From IMG/VR virus record IMGVR_UViG_3300037067_015585, positions 170,377 through 234,376 of that record: 64,000 nt of DNA, one strand, 5' to 3'. The notes under the pieces are model-generated. The model did no database searches. It saw only the letters and a program-made list of their open reading frames with translations, and was not told the origin of the DNA. Source of the DNA: a virus (lineage: Duplodnaviria > Caudoviricetes). Made by a program: the position numbers and the translations under genes. Below are positions 1-9,897 of this stretch, in pieces (the first letter of the stretch is position 1; each line of letters begins with the position of its first letter).

Positions 1-97
1 GATCCTCGCAAGAAGACTTCCGAAAGCTGTCTTACTTTTGGCATACAAACATTCCTTCGTGTGTATTAAAAAATCAGAAAATGAAAGGTAATTATTT

Positions 98-739
98 ATG
101 GCGAAATACTGCGACACACAAGTGCTAGAACGCAATTGGTTTGAATGGCTCGTTTCTAGCAATACTCCAGGCATTGAATCTCTACGTGCAAAAGGTGTGC
201 TGTGGACTCTCATCATAGGAATGATACCGAACAGTAAAATACAAGATCCGTGTTTCGAAACGCGACTCCATCGCATCATTCCTGGTAATATCCAATTTTG
301 CACCGTTGGTGATGATGTAAGTTGGATAATGACAGGCAATTTTAACACAGAGCAAACGAAAGATCAAGGATATTATCTTGAACCTACAACATCCCAGTCT
401 TGGCAAAATATGTTGCAAGACATTGCGAAGATGTGCAATGGTGTTGCTAGCAAGTTCAACCAGCAATCTGTAGAAGAAACAAACAATCTTGCTAGTGAGG
501 CACTTGTTCAGGTTATAAGCAAGATCGCTCGTGGCAAGCTGAAGTACACTCCAGGACGAGCACCTGTGTTCAATTTGTTGACTACAACAATCCATCGTTG
601 TATCTATAGTGTGCTAAGTAAGGATGCAAGGCAAAAAAAGAATTTCATCGCCTTTGCTGACAATCTGATCATCGAAGACTGCGATCGCCTGCTCACAAAT
701 AGAACAGGTTTGAGGTCTCGTGTCAATATAGATCATTAA
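98..739 (+). CDS. Putative phage sigma-like factor (T4 gp55/sigma region 2-like)
   Basis: C-terminal half (NLASEALVQVISKI...YTPGRAPVFNLLTTTIHRCIYSVLSK) resembles the region-2 helices of phage sigma factors; recognised by eye only. Confidence 0.5.
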   Translation: MAKYCDTQVLERNWFEWLVSSNTPGIESLRAKGVLWTLIIGMIPNSKIQDPCFETRLHRIIPGNIQFCTVGDDVSWIMTGNFNTEQTKDQGYYLEPTTSQSWQNMLQDIAKMCNGVASKFNQQSVEETNNLASEALVQVISKIARGKLKYTPGRAPVFNLLTTTIHRCIYSVLSKDARQKKNFIAFADNLIIEDCDRLLTNRTGLRSRVNIDH

Positions 740-813
740 AAGAGCGATATATTGCCACATTCGCCACTGGAAAATATTTTAGATTTATTCCTATCTGGTG
801 GGGATTAGCAACA

Positions 814-1746
814 ATGAATGTAAGTTTAAGAGTTAGACCGATCAATACCGTCAAGCACGAAATAGTTTTACCACGTGCTGCTCGATCTGTCGTTGTCAAA
901 CAGCAACGTTCTGTGACGAAGACTTTACGCGCAGTAATGCGAGCTAAGCCTACAATACAGATGCCGCAGCAGGTATACAAACAACCAGCAGTTACCCCAA
1001 AGAAGGGTGGTGTCGCAAGACAATCGGTCGGCGTAAAGCCAACCGTCAAAATCATAACACGTGATCCGCCAGAAGCAAGCGTGAAAAAGATACGTGAACT
1101 ACGTAATTCGTGTGTCGGAAGAACATTAGTTATTATAGGAAACGGCCCTAGCATTTTAGAAATCGATACGGCTTTGTTAGTTGGTAAACCATATATAGAT
1201 ATTATGTCTATAAATAAACCAGACATGAGGGTATGGCCCACAAAATATTGGTTGTTCTGTGATATTTCTCAATTGAAACGCCACCACGATTTATGGGATA
1301 ATTATAATGGCTGCATCTTCAATTCTACTATGATTGCTGATTCCAGACCAGGCACTATATTTATAAAGAACAAACCTGGATTTGGATTTAGTTTAGATCT
1401 AACAAGCGGTTTTCATATTGGTAGGTCTAGTGTATATGCAGCAATGCAAGTATCTAATTGGCTTGGTTATGACAAAACCTATATTCTTGGTATCGATATG
1501 GGTGCTGTCAAAATAGATGGAAAAGAAACACTACATTTCTACGGTGTGAATCCAGATTGCCCAGTTGATAACCGAAAAAAGAGGTTCGAAGATGAAGTGA
1601 AATATTATGATGATGCAGCACACTCTTTGCCAGAAGAGATTAGGAAGAAATTCTATTTCTGCAGTTCATATAATAAATTCAGATTTCTAGATAGTTTTCA
1701 CAGACTAGATCACAAACAAGCTATCCAAGAGATTTGTAGTATTTGA
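814..1746 (+). CDS. DUF115/GT29-like glycan-modifying protein with basic N-terminal extension
   Basis: LVIIGNGPSI, SSVYAAMQ, YILGIDM and HFY motifs. Confidence 0.6.
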   Translation: MNVSLRVRPINTVKHEIVLPRAARSVVVKQQRSVTKTLRAVMRAKPTIQMPQQVYKQPAVTPKKGGVARQSVGVKPTVKIITRDPPEASVKKIRELRNSCVGRTLVIIGNGPSILEIDTALLVGKPYIDIMSINKPDMRVWPTKYWLFCDISQLKRHHDLWDNYNGCIFNSTMIADSRPGTIFIKNKPGFGFSLDLTSGFHIGRSSVYAAMQVSNWLGYDKTYILGIDMGAVKIDGKETLHFYGVNPDCPVDNRKKRFEDEVKYYDDAAHSLPEEIRKKFYFCSSYNKFRFLDSFHRLDHKQAIQEICSI

Positions 1747-1770
1747 GCTAAATTGAGGCGTAAATAATTT

Positions 1771-2388
1771 ATGCTGACTCAAGAAATAACTTGTCCATAT
1801 TGCAATTCAGATTTCACAGCGGCCGTATGGGTCGATGGCAGTTGCGAGAAATGTGGTGGTAATTATTATTGGTCTATGGAATTCAATAATGATTTAACTG
1901 ATGGATGGCACGCTATTGAGTGGGATAGAAGTAGATCGATTTATATAGCTTCAACATTATCAAACTGGAAACGAGCCAGATCATTTATTGACTACTTTAA
2001 ATCGTTTGATATACCAATAGCTTTTGATTGGACAATTTGGGGTGAAGAAATTTTTGCTACAAAAGCACCACGTGATCTAGACCCCGACTCATTGCGTGAG
2101 AAGGCTTTATGTGAATATAGTGGTGTATCAACTGCGTCTTATGTTCTCGTAATTATACCAACAGGATGTGGTACAAACTTTGAATATGGTGTTGCATATC
2201 AGAGATTGAAAGATGTTAATGCACCCATAATTACTATATTAGATGAGACAGAGCCTACTACACCAATTAGCTTTCATTATCTTCCGGGCGTTCGAAGATT
2301 AGATAATGTCAAAATGGTTATATCAGACATCTTTAAACATTTTGACATTGACAGCAAAGATATAAATGTCGATCAATTAACGTGCTAA
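1771..2388 (+). CDS. Zn-ribbon plus nucleoside 2-deoxyribosyltransferase-like domain
   Basis: CPYC...CEKC followed by IYIAS and GTNFEYGVA motifs. Confidence 0.55.
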   Translation: MLTQEITCPYCNSDFTAAVWVDGSCEKCGGNYYWSMEFNNDLTDGWHAIEWDRSRSIYIASTLSNWKRARSFIDYFKSFDIPIAFDWTIWGEEIFATKAPRDLDPDSLREKALCEYSGVSTASYVLVIIPTGCGTNFEYGVAYQRLKDVNAPIITILDETEPTTPISFHYLPGVRRLDNVKMVISDIFKHFDIDSKDINVDQLTC

Positions 2389-2642
2389 ACACAGTCTAAC
2401 TACTGTGAAAGCAGCCAACGAGGTGCCTATGTTAGAACAGAACAAAATGCCATCAAAGCCGATAACGCCAGATGGTACAAAAAGCAAAAAGACATTTGCT
2501 GGCCCACACGGTGGTGGAACCGCTTATAATCAGCTTTCAGTTGGCAATAGCTTTGCCGTCCATGATTCGATTCCTGGGCACACCCAGAAGAAAAACGTCG
2601 AAATCATAAAGCCAAAATAGTGTTAGAGATAAGACGAGTAAA

Positions 2643-2681
2643 AACAAGAGCCGTCAGGTTCAAAGTCTGACGGCTCTTGTT
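2643..2681. terminator. Inverted repeat, likely intrinsic terminator
   Basis: AACAAGAGCCGTCAG...CTGACGGCTCTTGTT, 15-bp perfect stem in an intergenic region. Confidence 0.7.
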
Positions 2682-2744
2682 GTATAAACTACGAAGATAA
2701 CGTTATGTATTTAAATAACGTCATCTTCAAATAAAGGACATGCG

Positions 2745-3434
2745 ATGCTATACTATATAAGCCAAAAACTTGAATTAGATGTGATGCAGGCCAGCGAATT
2801 AAACGAAGCTATGGAAATGGCTCACGTTTATAAGATGGGTGCTATTGTTGTTCATCCCGATTTAGTCTCAGACGCAGCAGTACAGCGTGCCAAAAGACAG
2901 GCAAAATGTCAAATCTTGACAACTGTTGATTGGCCGAAAGGAGACAAAACAGGAATAGCTAAGCTTCACAATATGTCCATCCATTCTCTATCATGTGATG
3001 GATTTGAAATAGCACTTGGCACAAAAACACAGGGCGAAACAAAGGCAGAAACGCTAGCTATTACAGAATTTATTAGGAAGCATCTACCACAAGTGCAAGA
3101 AATTAGGTTTGTGTTGGGTTGCCTGTCTAAAGAGCAAACCGATATAAACAATTTATGTTTGGCGATCAAAGAAATACCAGCGCCAAATTTGTTACGCACC
3201 GACATTAATTTGCGGTGTGCACAAGCGAAAGCGAATATTAGCGCACACAATGCATTATTAGATGCGATACATGTATGTATTAATAGACCAATTAAACTAT
3301 GTGGCAATATTAATTCTGCTAAGATAATAGCATCATGCAAGGCGCATAGGTATGGTGTCAGTTTAAAGCAAGCTCAAACTATAATAAAAGAGCTAAGAGA
3401 AAATCCAGCAAAAATCGAAAAGATTTTCAAATGA
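2745..3434 (+). CDS. DeoC-like (class I aldolase TIM barrel) protein, divergent
   Basis: TTVDWPKG resembles TVIGFPLG and IKLCGNI resembles VKASGGI; the Schiff-base KTSTG motif appears as RTDIN. Confidence 0.55.
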   Translation: MLYYISQKLELDVMQASELNEAMEMAHVYKMGAIVVHPDLVSDAAVQRAKRQAKCQILTTVDWPKGDKTGIAKLHNMSIHSLSCDGFEIALGTKTQGETKAETLAITEFIRKHLPQVQEIRFVLGCLSKEQTDINNLCLAIKEIPAPNLLRTDINLRCAQAKANISAHNALLDAIHVCINRPIKLCGNINSAKIIASCKAHRYGVSLKQAQTIIKELRENPAKIEKIFK

Positions 3435-3637
3435 ATAGTAGTGCTATCAAAATTGGGATGTTGGTACGCATCTACAATCAAGAGCACATCTGGCACGACG
3501 AAATAGGTATTATTCGTGCTATTGGTAATGGATTTTGCAGGATTGAATTATTAGGTAAGCTTGTGTGGATGCCTAACCATTGGCTATTAGAAATAGAAGA
3601 GACTGAGAGTAATAGGTCCAATGACGGGGAGAAATAA
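3431..3637 (+). CDS. Small KOW/SH3-like hypothetical protein
   Basis: IKIGMLVRI...GIIR pattern; start overlaps the upstream stop. Confidence 0.4.
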   Translation: MNSSAIKIGMLVRIYNQEHIWHDEIGIIRAIGNGFCRIELLGKLVWMPNHWLLEIEETESNRSNDGEK

Positions 3638-4027
3638 AATGATCGAATTCGACATCATTGACGAATTGGGTGATAACGCTGATTTATTAACAAAATCTGA
3701 TACTTGGCTGTCGATATTGGAATCAAGACTAGGGCAGAAACTGACCTTTTTGCTGCATGACTTAGAACAGGTCCAGACAGCAATCAAAATTAAACAACGC
3801 CTACAACAAAATAATAGAGTCGCAGTGAAACGCCCTGCTCATAATGGCGCAATGTTAGGCGAAACCATCGAGATTATGTCGCTCCCAAAGGCGGTTAAGG
3901 TGGCCAACCAAACTAATTGCAATGACCAGATCAATATATGGGCCGCTGATGGTTATGATATTGCAACTGTCCAAATGGTCTAATCCGTATTGTAAATAAT
4001 GAATTAATAATTACGGCGGCAGCATCG

Positions 4028-4039
4028 TCGTGCTATAAT
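4028..4039 (+). promoter_or_regulatory. Extended -10 promoter, class A (TCGTGCTAYAAT)
   Basis: TCGTGCTATAAT upstream of an AGGAG RBS and the ATG at 4061; the motif recurs across the window. Confidence 0.7.
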
Positions 4040-4060
4040 ATTCAACACACAGGAGATAGT

Positions 4061-5212
4061 ATGAGGAGTTTTCAAACAAATGCGACTGGTGGTATGGTCG
4101 TCGTCACAACAGATGGTGGGGCTGGTTCATCTGGCAAGGGATCTCTAAATTCTTGGCTAGCCGACAAACACGGCTTTCACCTGGCCACCAACAATTGGAT
4201 GACAAATGCCGGACATTACACAGAGCTTGATGATGGCACTAGGATACTAGTCCAGCACATCCCATCTGCGTTTATTAATCCGAATACGCAACTATACATC
4301 AATGCTGGTGCAGCAATTGACTTGAAAACACTATTTAGCGAGGTCGCTAACCTAGAATCACTAGGATTCACTATTAGAGATAGGCTTACGATACACCCGC
4401 TCGCAAATGTGATTACTGAAGAGAATAAACAGTATGAAAGAGAGACGATAAAAACTGGCAGTACATTCAAGGGTTGTGGTGCAGCAATAGCAGCCAAGGC
4501 TATGCGCCTTGAAAAACAAAGACTAGCAAGAGATTATGAAGAATTACATACATTCTGTACAATTAAAGATTTAACTATGGAGTTGAATCTTGGTGTTGCC
4601 CAAAGGGGAATGCGGGTATTAGTAGAGGGATCGCAAGGTATCGATCTCGACCTCAATTTTGCAGAATATCCATATTGCACATCACGCCAGACGCATCCGA
4701 CGCAGCTTGTCGCTGATGCAGGGTTGCCTTGTCAAGCTGTTACAAATGTTATCATCAATCTGCGAACCAATCCAATTCGTATTAGCAATGAATCAGCGGC
4801 TACCGGCGAACAGTGCTATACTGGGAATTATTGGGAAGCTAAAGAGATCGGCTGGGAAGCCGTAGCAAAACAAGCGGGCTACGACAATTTTGACGAGTTT
4901 GTCGAAGAATACAAATACGCAATGATGACATCTGTTACTAAGAAGGTCAGACGCATATTTGAATTCCCAGTAGAAAGAGTGAAATATGTCAACGCATTAG
5001 CTGGTGGTCTTTTACCTGCCAGCAATCTGTTATATAGCCTTAATTTCATAAACTTTGTTGATCGAACTGTGAAGGGTGCTACGACAGTAAGAGAGGTAAT
5101 GACGCCTAAGGTAAGACAATGGTTGGCCGATAACATTTTCGATGCAATTGATTATAGACAATTGCAATGGATAAGAACCGGCGCAAAACATAGCCAGATT
5201 GTTGAGTTATGA
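4061..5212 (+). CDS. purZ: PurZ-like adenylosuccinate synthetase paralog
   Basis: GSSGKG (Ser in place of the PurA Asp), NAGH, GSTFKGCGAA, EGSQG, YPYCTSR, RTNPIRI, TSVTKKVRRIF, NFIN. Confidence 0.75.
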   Translation: MRSFQTNATGGMVVVTTDGGAGSSGKGSLNSWLADKHGFHLATNNWMTNAGHYTELDDGTRILVQHIPSAFINPNTQLYINAGAAIDLKTLFSEVANLESLGFTIRDRLTIHPLANVITEENKQYERETIKTGSTFKGCGAAIAAKAMRLEKQRLARDYEELHTFCTIKDLTMELNLGVAQRGMRVLVEGSQGIDLDLNFAEYPYCTSRQTHPTQLVADAGLPCQAVTNVIINLRTNPIRISNESAATGEQCYTGNYWEAKEIGWEAVAKQAGYDNFDEFVEEYKYAMMTSVTKKVRRIFEFPVERVKYVNALAGGLLPASNLLYSLNFINFVDRTVKGATTVREVMTPKVRQWLADNIFDAIDYRQLQWIRTGAKHSQIVEL

Positions 5213-6018
5213 GCATTAAATTAGCTGCCTATCTTGACGAAATTCACGACGATCCAGATAAAGCTGGTGAGGTGCTAGTATCAAAGAAGATCACTGGTGT
5301 CTGCTTACGTCGTGCCTGGTGCCGCGATATATCTAGTATGCCAGATAATGCAATAGGTATACTGGGCGGTATATTGTCGAAACACAACTTGACACCCGTT
5401 TTATTGCATACTGATATTGGTTGTGTCGATCCAGAAAAACTAGCTGCAGAAGAGCCAAAAATTGTAAGAGCTATGCAGATTTGCAAGTTCTTAAAATGCA
5501 GATCTATTCGTGTAGGATTTGGTATATCAACAACAAAGAATGTCATAGAGCAAGTCCAATCATGGTCTTCTGCCGTTTCTAGACTTAGCATATCATATGA
5601 TATGATGGTGCTCTTTGAACCAGACAATAACAGCTATTATAATCAACCAGCTGCAGTTGCTATATTTCTTAATAAGCACAAACGAATCAATTTATTGTTC
5701 GATCCAGCGATGTTAGTAATGCAATCGAAAATAAATCCATTTGTTAAATTCTGGTCACTTTTGAAATCGAGGGTCGATTCTATCGATATCCACGATTTCA
5801 AAAGTAGAGTCTCGGCGAAACCAGCTGGGATTGGCGATGCTCAACTTGATATTATTGTAGCTGATGCTATATCCTCAAATTTTACGGGGTGGTTTTGTTT
5901 AGAGCCTGGGCTCGGCAGACGCTATGGTGATGCCACAACAAAAGAAAAAACATTCGAATGTGCTTTCGATGCATTCGAATCGCTATTAAAAAGAGTACAA
6001 TTACCTAAGATACTTTAA
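5209..6018 (+). CDS. Xylose-isomerase/AP-endonuclease-2-like TIM barrel protein
   Basis: AYLDEI start, LFEP, LLFDPA, IHDFK, GIGDA, FTGWFCLEP. Confidence 0.65.
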   Translation: MSIKLAAYLDEIHDDPDKAGEVLVSKKITGVCLRRAWCRDISSMPDNAIGILGGILSKHNLTPVLLHTDIGCVDPEKLAAEEPKIVRAMQICKFLKCRSIRVGFGISTTKNVIEQVQSWSSAVSRLSISYDMMVLFEPDNNSYYNQPAAVAIFLNKHKRINLLFDPAMLVMQSKINPFVKFWSLLKSRVDSIDIHDFKSRVSAKPAGIGDAQLDIIVADAISSNFTGWFCLEPGLGRRYGDATTKEKTFECAFDAFESLLKRVQLPKIL

Positions 6019-6027
6019 AGGATCGTT

Positions 6028-6246
6028 ATGGCAATAAATATCTCAGAAGCGATAATGGCTATGCGTAAAGCTGGTCCAAGGGGCATAAGAACGATGCCGA
6101 TGCCAGGGCAGGATATCAATTCGGGGATGTATAAAATCGAAATTTTTCGTGGTGTTGGTCAATGGGATTGTCTGTTAGAAGGACTTCCAAAATCAACAGC
6201 GGAGAGCTTGATTAGTCAGGCAACTTCTAGGGTGCTAATGGAATAG
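6028..6246 (+). CDS. Hypothetical protein
   Basis: ORF in operon order with RBS. Confidence 0.5.
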   Translation: MAINISEAIMAMRKAGPRGIRTMPMPGQDINSGMYKIEIFRGVGQWDCLLEGLPKSTAESLISQATSRVLME

Positions 6247-6603
6247 ATGAGTGAACAAACTGATGCTAGAATAGTGTGGCTTCGCGAAAGACTCGCTAAG
6301 AACTCATCGATCCCAGATTGCTTAGCCGAACTTGTTGGCGTATATGATTTTACTTCTAGAACTATAACAATATCTCTCGTCATCACAATAGACGGCACTG
6401 AATATAGAGCCGTCAGATGTCACGAACAAGTAGCTTTAGGGCAAGTCGACGATGAAATAGCCGAATTACGCATTATGCATCGCAATATGATTGCATACAT
6501 GATACAGACCTACGGCAACGAAGAATGGTCTGTTATTATTAGAAAATTTCTAAAATGGTCAACAAATCCGACGCACAAAGCAGTCATGCAGCGATGGGTT
6601 TAA
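6247..6603 (+). CDS. Hypothetical protein
   Basis: ORF abutting the upstream stop. Confidence 0.5.
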   Translation: MSEQTDARIVWLRERLAKNSSIPDCLAELVGVYDFTSRTITISLVITIDGTEYRAVRCHEQVALGQVDDEIAELRIMHRNMIAYMIQTYGNEEWSVIIRKFLKWSTNPTHKAVMQRWV

Positions 6604-6865
6604 CTTTTACGAGATTTTCTAACAGCTTTTGTAGCTTTCTTCTCTGATACTGGCTTAACTTGGTTGATTGTCTTGTTAACGACAATCCTCTGCTGTGCTG
6701 GCGAGCCAATAAAACCAGATCCAAATAAAACGTTTGCAGGTCTCATAATTCAGTTCCGTCAGTTTGTTTATCACTACTTAAGAATGCTATTACACCACAC
6801 TACAGTAAGGGGTTGTTGCAAAAAGAGTTCTGTGGTAAAATTTGTAGCAACGTATTTAATTCATC

Positions 6866-7249
6866 ATGCCAAAAACATCGTTAAAAACACCATTTTTCAC
6901 TGTAACCTACAGTACAAAGAAATTGTTGTCTGTAGACGACGAAAACGGAATAAGTACATTGCCACTTTTTACGAAAGCTGAGACAGCAGAAAAGTATCGA
7001 CGATATTTCGCGAGGCATTTTGATTTGAAGTTGCAGGTCTGTATTGTCGACAAATTAATCAATGGGTTCAATTTGCTTGAATGTGCCTCTCTAGCTTGCA
7101 AGGATCTACAATATGTTGCTATCGATCCGCAACCATCTCCAGAAGATATAAAATCGAAAGCGGTCCCAATTAAAACAGTAATCATGTCTCTTCTGAATCG
7201 GTGTCGGCGTCAAAAGGGGCATAATCGTCAGAATCTTCGTAAGAAATAG
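6866..7249 (+). CDS. Hypothetical protein
   Basis: ORF preceded by GTATTTAA class-B motif. Confidence 0.5.
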   Translation: MPKTSLKTPFFTVTYSTKKLLSVDDENGISTLPLFTKAETAEKYRRYFARHFDLKLQVCIVDKLINGFNLLECASLACKDLQYVAIDPQPSPEDIKSKAVPIKTVIMSLLNRCRRQKGHNRQNLRKK

Positions 7250-7328
7250 GTACTTTCGGTGTGTTTTTTGGTTGGTCGTCAATCTCATCATCGAGAGGTA
7301 TTTCCTCTTCTTCACCAATATAATCCAT
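7182..7328 (-). CDS. Small acidic protein (48 aa, not in ORF track)
   Basis: AAGGAG RBS; MDYIGEEEEIPLDDEIDDQPKNTPKVPISYEDSDDYAPFDADTDSEET. Confidence 0.45.
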   Translation of the reverse strand: MDYIGEEEEIPLDDEIDDQPKNTPKVPISYEDSDDYAPFDADTDSEET

Positions 7329-7607
7329 GCCTAATACTCCTTATCCAAGCTATCCACCTAATATGTCGGTTGTCACTAAAGTGGGTGGATTCGATCGCAC
7401 TTGTCTTGTAGTTGATTTATATACAGCTGAACCGTTAACGTCGGCACAGATAGCACTTATTGAGGACCAAATTGGATTGGTATTATCTAAAATGCAAATA
7501 ATATATCGATCTGATGTCGTTGGCCCCAATAGGTTTATCACACCATTAAAAGCTGCTCTACGATTAAAATAATTATTTCATAGTATTTAACAAAAAGAAG
7601 GAACGAC

Positions 7608-8294
7608 ATGCAAGTACGGCTAATGACACCAAATGGAGATGTTTCGAGTGATACCTATGAAATAGTTGGGCCTGCAGACAGAAAAAATTGTGTTTTTGTG
7701 TCTGCGACGGATGGCGCAAATAAAGGTAAGCAGCTAAGAGTACATAAAGAACGGATATTACCAGAAAATGCACTTGGTAAATCTGTCGCAGTTGTGATCG
7801 GTGGCAAACTGAAAACGGTTTGCCCTACTTGCTCTAGATTTTTGATTGTAGATAAAAATATTGCCGAGTGCCCAGTTCACGGCAGAATAAAAATAACAAG
7901 TCACGAGCACTTAAACAATCCGGACAGCACGTCCATAGTACAGCAGGAAACTAAAATGTCAAAGACAGACACGATTACCATGGTAGATTTCACAGTTGTC
8001 GCACAATACGGTGAATTGTGGACAAAGCAGCAGTTGAAATTCAGCGATCCGCACACTGACGTACAATCACACGTCTTGCTCGCAGACAATCCTTCACGTA
8101 AGTTGTGCTTCAATACTTACAACGGAGCACTCGGCAAGAAAAAATCGAATACAGACGAAGTGTTTATATCGCAGCTAGAAGCATTCAAGAATAATGTTGC
8201 CCCTGCTGTATCGGGGGCATCAGTCTATTCGTTGAAGGGCACTCTTGATGACGCCCGCAAGCGATTAGAGAAATCTGGCTACGCCAAGAAATAA
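7608..8294 (+). CDS. Hypothetical protein with CxxC...CxxH Zn ribbon
   Basis: CPTC...CPVHG; class-B motif and AAGGA RBS upstream. Confidence 0.55.
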   Translation: MQVRLMTPNGDVSSDTYEIVGPADRKNCVFVSATDGANKGKQLRVHKERILPENALGKSVAVVIGGKLKTVCPTCSRFLIVDKNIAECPVHGRIKITSHEHLNNPDSTSIVQQETKMSKTDTITMVDFTVVAQYGELWTKQQLKFSDPHTDVQSHVLLADNPSRKLCFNTYNGALGKKKSNTDEVFISQLEAFKNNVAPAVSGASVYSLKGTLDDARKRLEKSGYAKK

Positions 8295-8342
8295 TACACT
8301 ACTAATAGTGCATTTGGTGCCAATACGACAAGGATTGTTATT

Positions 8343-8573
8343 ATGTTAGTATTATCTCGTAAGAAGAACGAGACTATTGTTATCGGAGATGACATCACCA
8401 TCACCGTTGTAGAACTGCGTGGTGATAAGGTGCGCCTTGGTATAGAGGCACCAAAAGATGTACCAGTTCATCGCCGCGAGATCTTCGACGCAATACATCG
8501 CGGAGACCCAAAGCCAGACTCAAAGCCAGATCCACAATTAGCAGTGATGGATAAGTGCATATTTGAAAATTAA
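8343..8573 (+). CDS. csrA: Carbon storage regulator CsrA
   Basis: MLVLSRKKNETIVIGDDITITVVELRGDKVRLGIEAPKDVPVHRREI. Confidence 0.95.
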   Translation: MLVLSRKKNETIVIGDDITITVVELRGDKVRLGIEAPKDVPVHRREIFDAIHRGDPKPDSKPDPQLAVMDKCIFEN

Positions 8574-9160
8574 GCATTTATCTGCCAATTCTCCCACACA
8601 AATTCGTAATCATACGTCAAGTGGTGTGTTTGCTGTAGAGAGGTTCTAATATTTTCACGCCTCTCTGCAGCATGATCCACAAACTGGTGAAACTGAATTT
8701 GTATGTCATCGATCATGCTTACGATCGATGAGTTCAGCATATGATCCAATAAATCATATTCGGCACCTTCAATATTAATCTTCATAAGACGTATGTGGGA
8801 TAATGAGTTGTCCCTAATCATATCGTCAATAGACACAATATTGACTTGCTCGACAGATTCAGAATGTTTTATTATACTAGATGCGCAGCCGTTCACAGAT
8901 ATATTACATGCTTCGTTAAACGGTCCAATTCCGACGTTAAAAACTAGTGCACCAGTATGAACTAATGCTTGTTTTGCGATTTTATAATATGCTTCTATTG
9001 GTTCAAATGCTAGTATTCTACAATGGTATCGATCATATATACTACGACTCCAAGACCCATAGTAGGCACCGCAATCGACAACAATATCTTGTTTATCGAT
9101 TTGATAATCTAATCTTAATGTCTCATCACCATGATCGGCAAACCAACGATCAAATTCCAT
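8570..9160 (-). CDS. FkbM-family methyltransferase
   Basis: VDCGAYYG, AFEP, KINIEGAE, IQFH; start taken at MEFD. Confidence 0.85.
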   Translation of the reverse strand: MEFDRWFADHGDETLRLDYQIDKQDIVVDCGAYYGSWSRSIYDRYHCRILAFEPIEAYYKIAKQALVHTGALVFNVGIGPFNEACNISVNGCASSIIKHSESVEQVNIVSIDDMIRDNSLSHIRLMKINIEGAEYDLLDHMLNSSIVSMIDDIQIQFHQFVDHAAERRENIRTSLQQTHHLTYDYEFVWENWQINA

Positions 9161-9162
9161 CT

Positions 9163-9897
9163 TCAATCTTTCAAGTGTAAATCTGTAATATTTGTTCCGC
9201 AATTGGTTTTGTCTACTAATCTTGGCCAGTTGCCTTCAACAAAATCAACATCTTGCATTCCAAGTCGATTTTCTACTACCGGACTGAAAGCTTTGCCGTC
9301 GCCTAATACATTAGCCCACCAGCTAAATGACGAGTTGGCACGTAAAATATTGTTAGCGTTCACTAACAACATAAAATCTTCTAAGAACGGTACACCAAGA
9401 TCAAGCAGATCTTGCGATTGTTTACGAGATCCCTCTTTAATCCAATGAATATTATTCGGATCTAAACCAAATTTCCCGCATGCAACAACATATGAGGCTT
9501 CACTGACTAAACAATATATATTACTAAAATTGGCATAATCTCCACGTCGCAGATGTGCTGCGATATGAAAGTTGGTATTAAACCTTGCCCTCCACTTATT
9601 CTTAAAACAAAACCACGTTTTCAGCTTAGCCCTAGATAAAAAATTAATAGCGTCTTGGAATTGGAAATATCCGTTTAAAATGATGTTAACTCTGCCGTTC
9701 GGAATCTCATCAAAACCAGATCGTGGTAAATCATGATTCAATGGCTGGTCGGATATTGAAAATATTTTTTGTCCAATCCAATCTGGAGTTAATAATGTGG
9801 CGTTGTGTGATTCCGCATAAGCACGTGCAAATGCATATTGAAAGAGTTGATTTCCAAAGCCACCAGAAAATGTTACGCCTATTGTTGGACGACTCAT
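9163..9897 (-). CDS. GT11 alpha-1,2-fucosyltransferase-like protein
   Basis: GGFGNQLFQYA, GYFQ, HLRRGDY, NSSFSWW. Confidence 0.9.
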   Translation of the reverse strand: MSRPTIGVTFSGGFGNQLFQYAFARAYAESHNATLLTPDWIGQKIFSISDQPLNHDLPRSGFDEIPNGRVNIILNGYFQFQDAINFLSRAKLKTWFCFKNKWRARFNTNFHIAAHLRRGDYANFSNIYCLVSEASYVVACGKFGLDPNNIHWIKEGSRKQSQDLLDLGVPFLEDFMLLVNANNILRANSSFSWWANVLGDGKAFSPVVENRLGMQDVDFVEGNWPRLVDKTNCGTNITDLHLKD

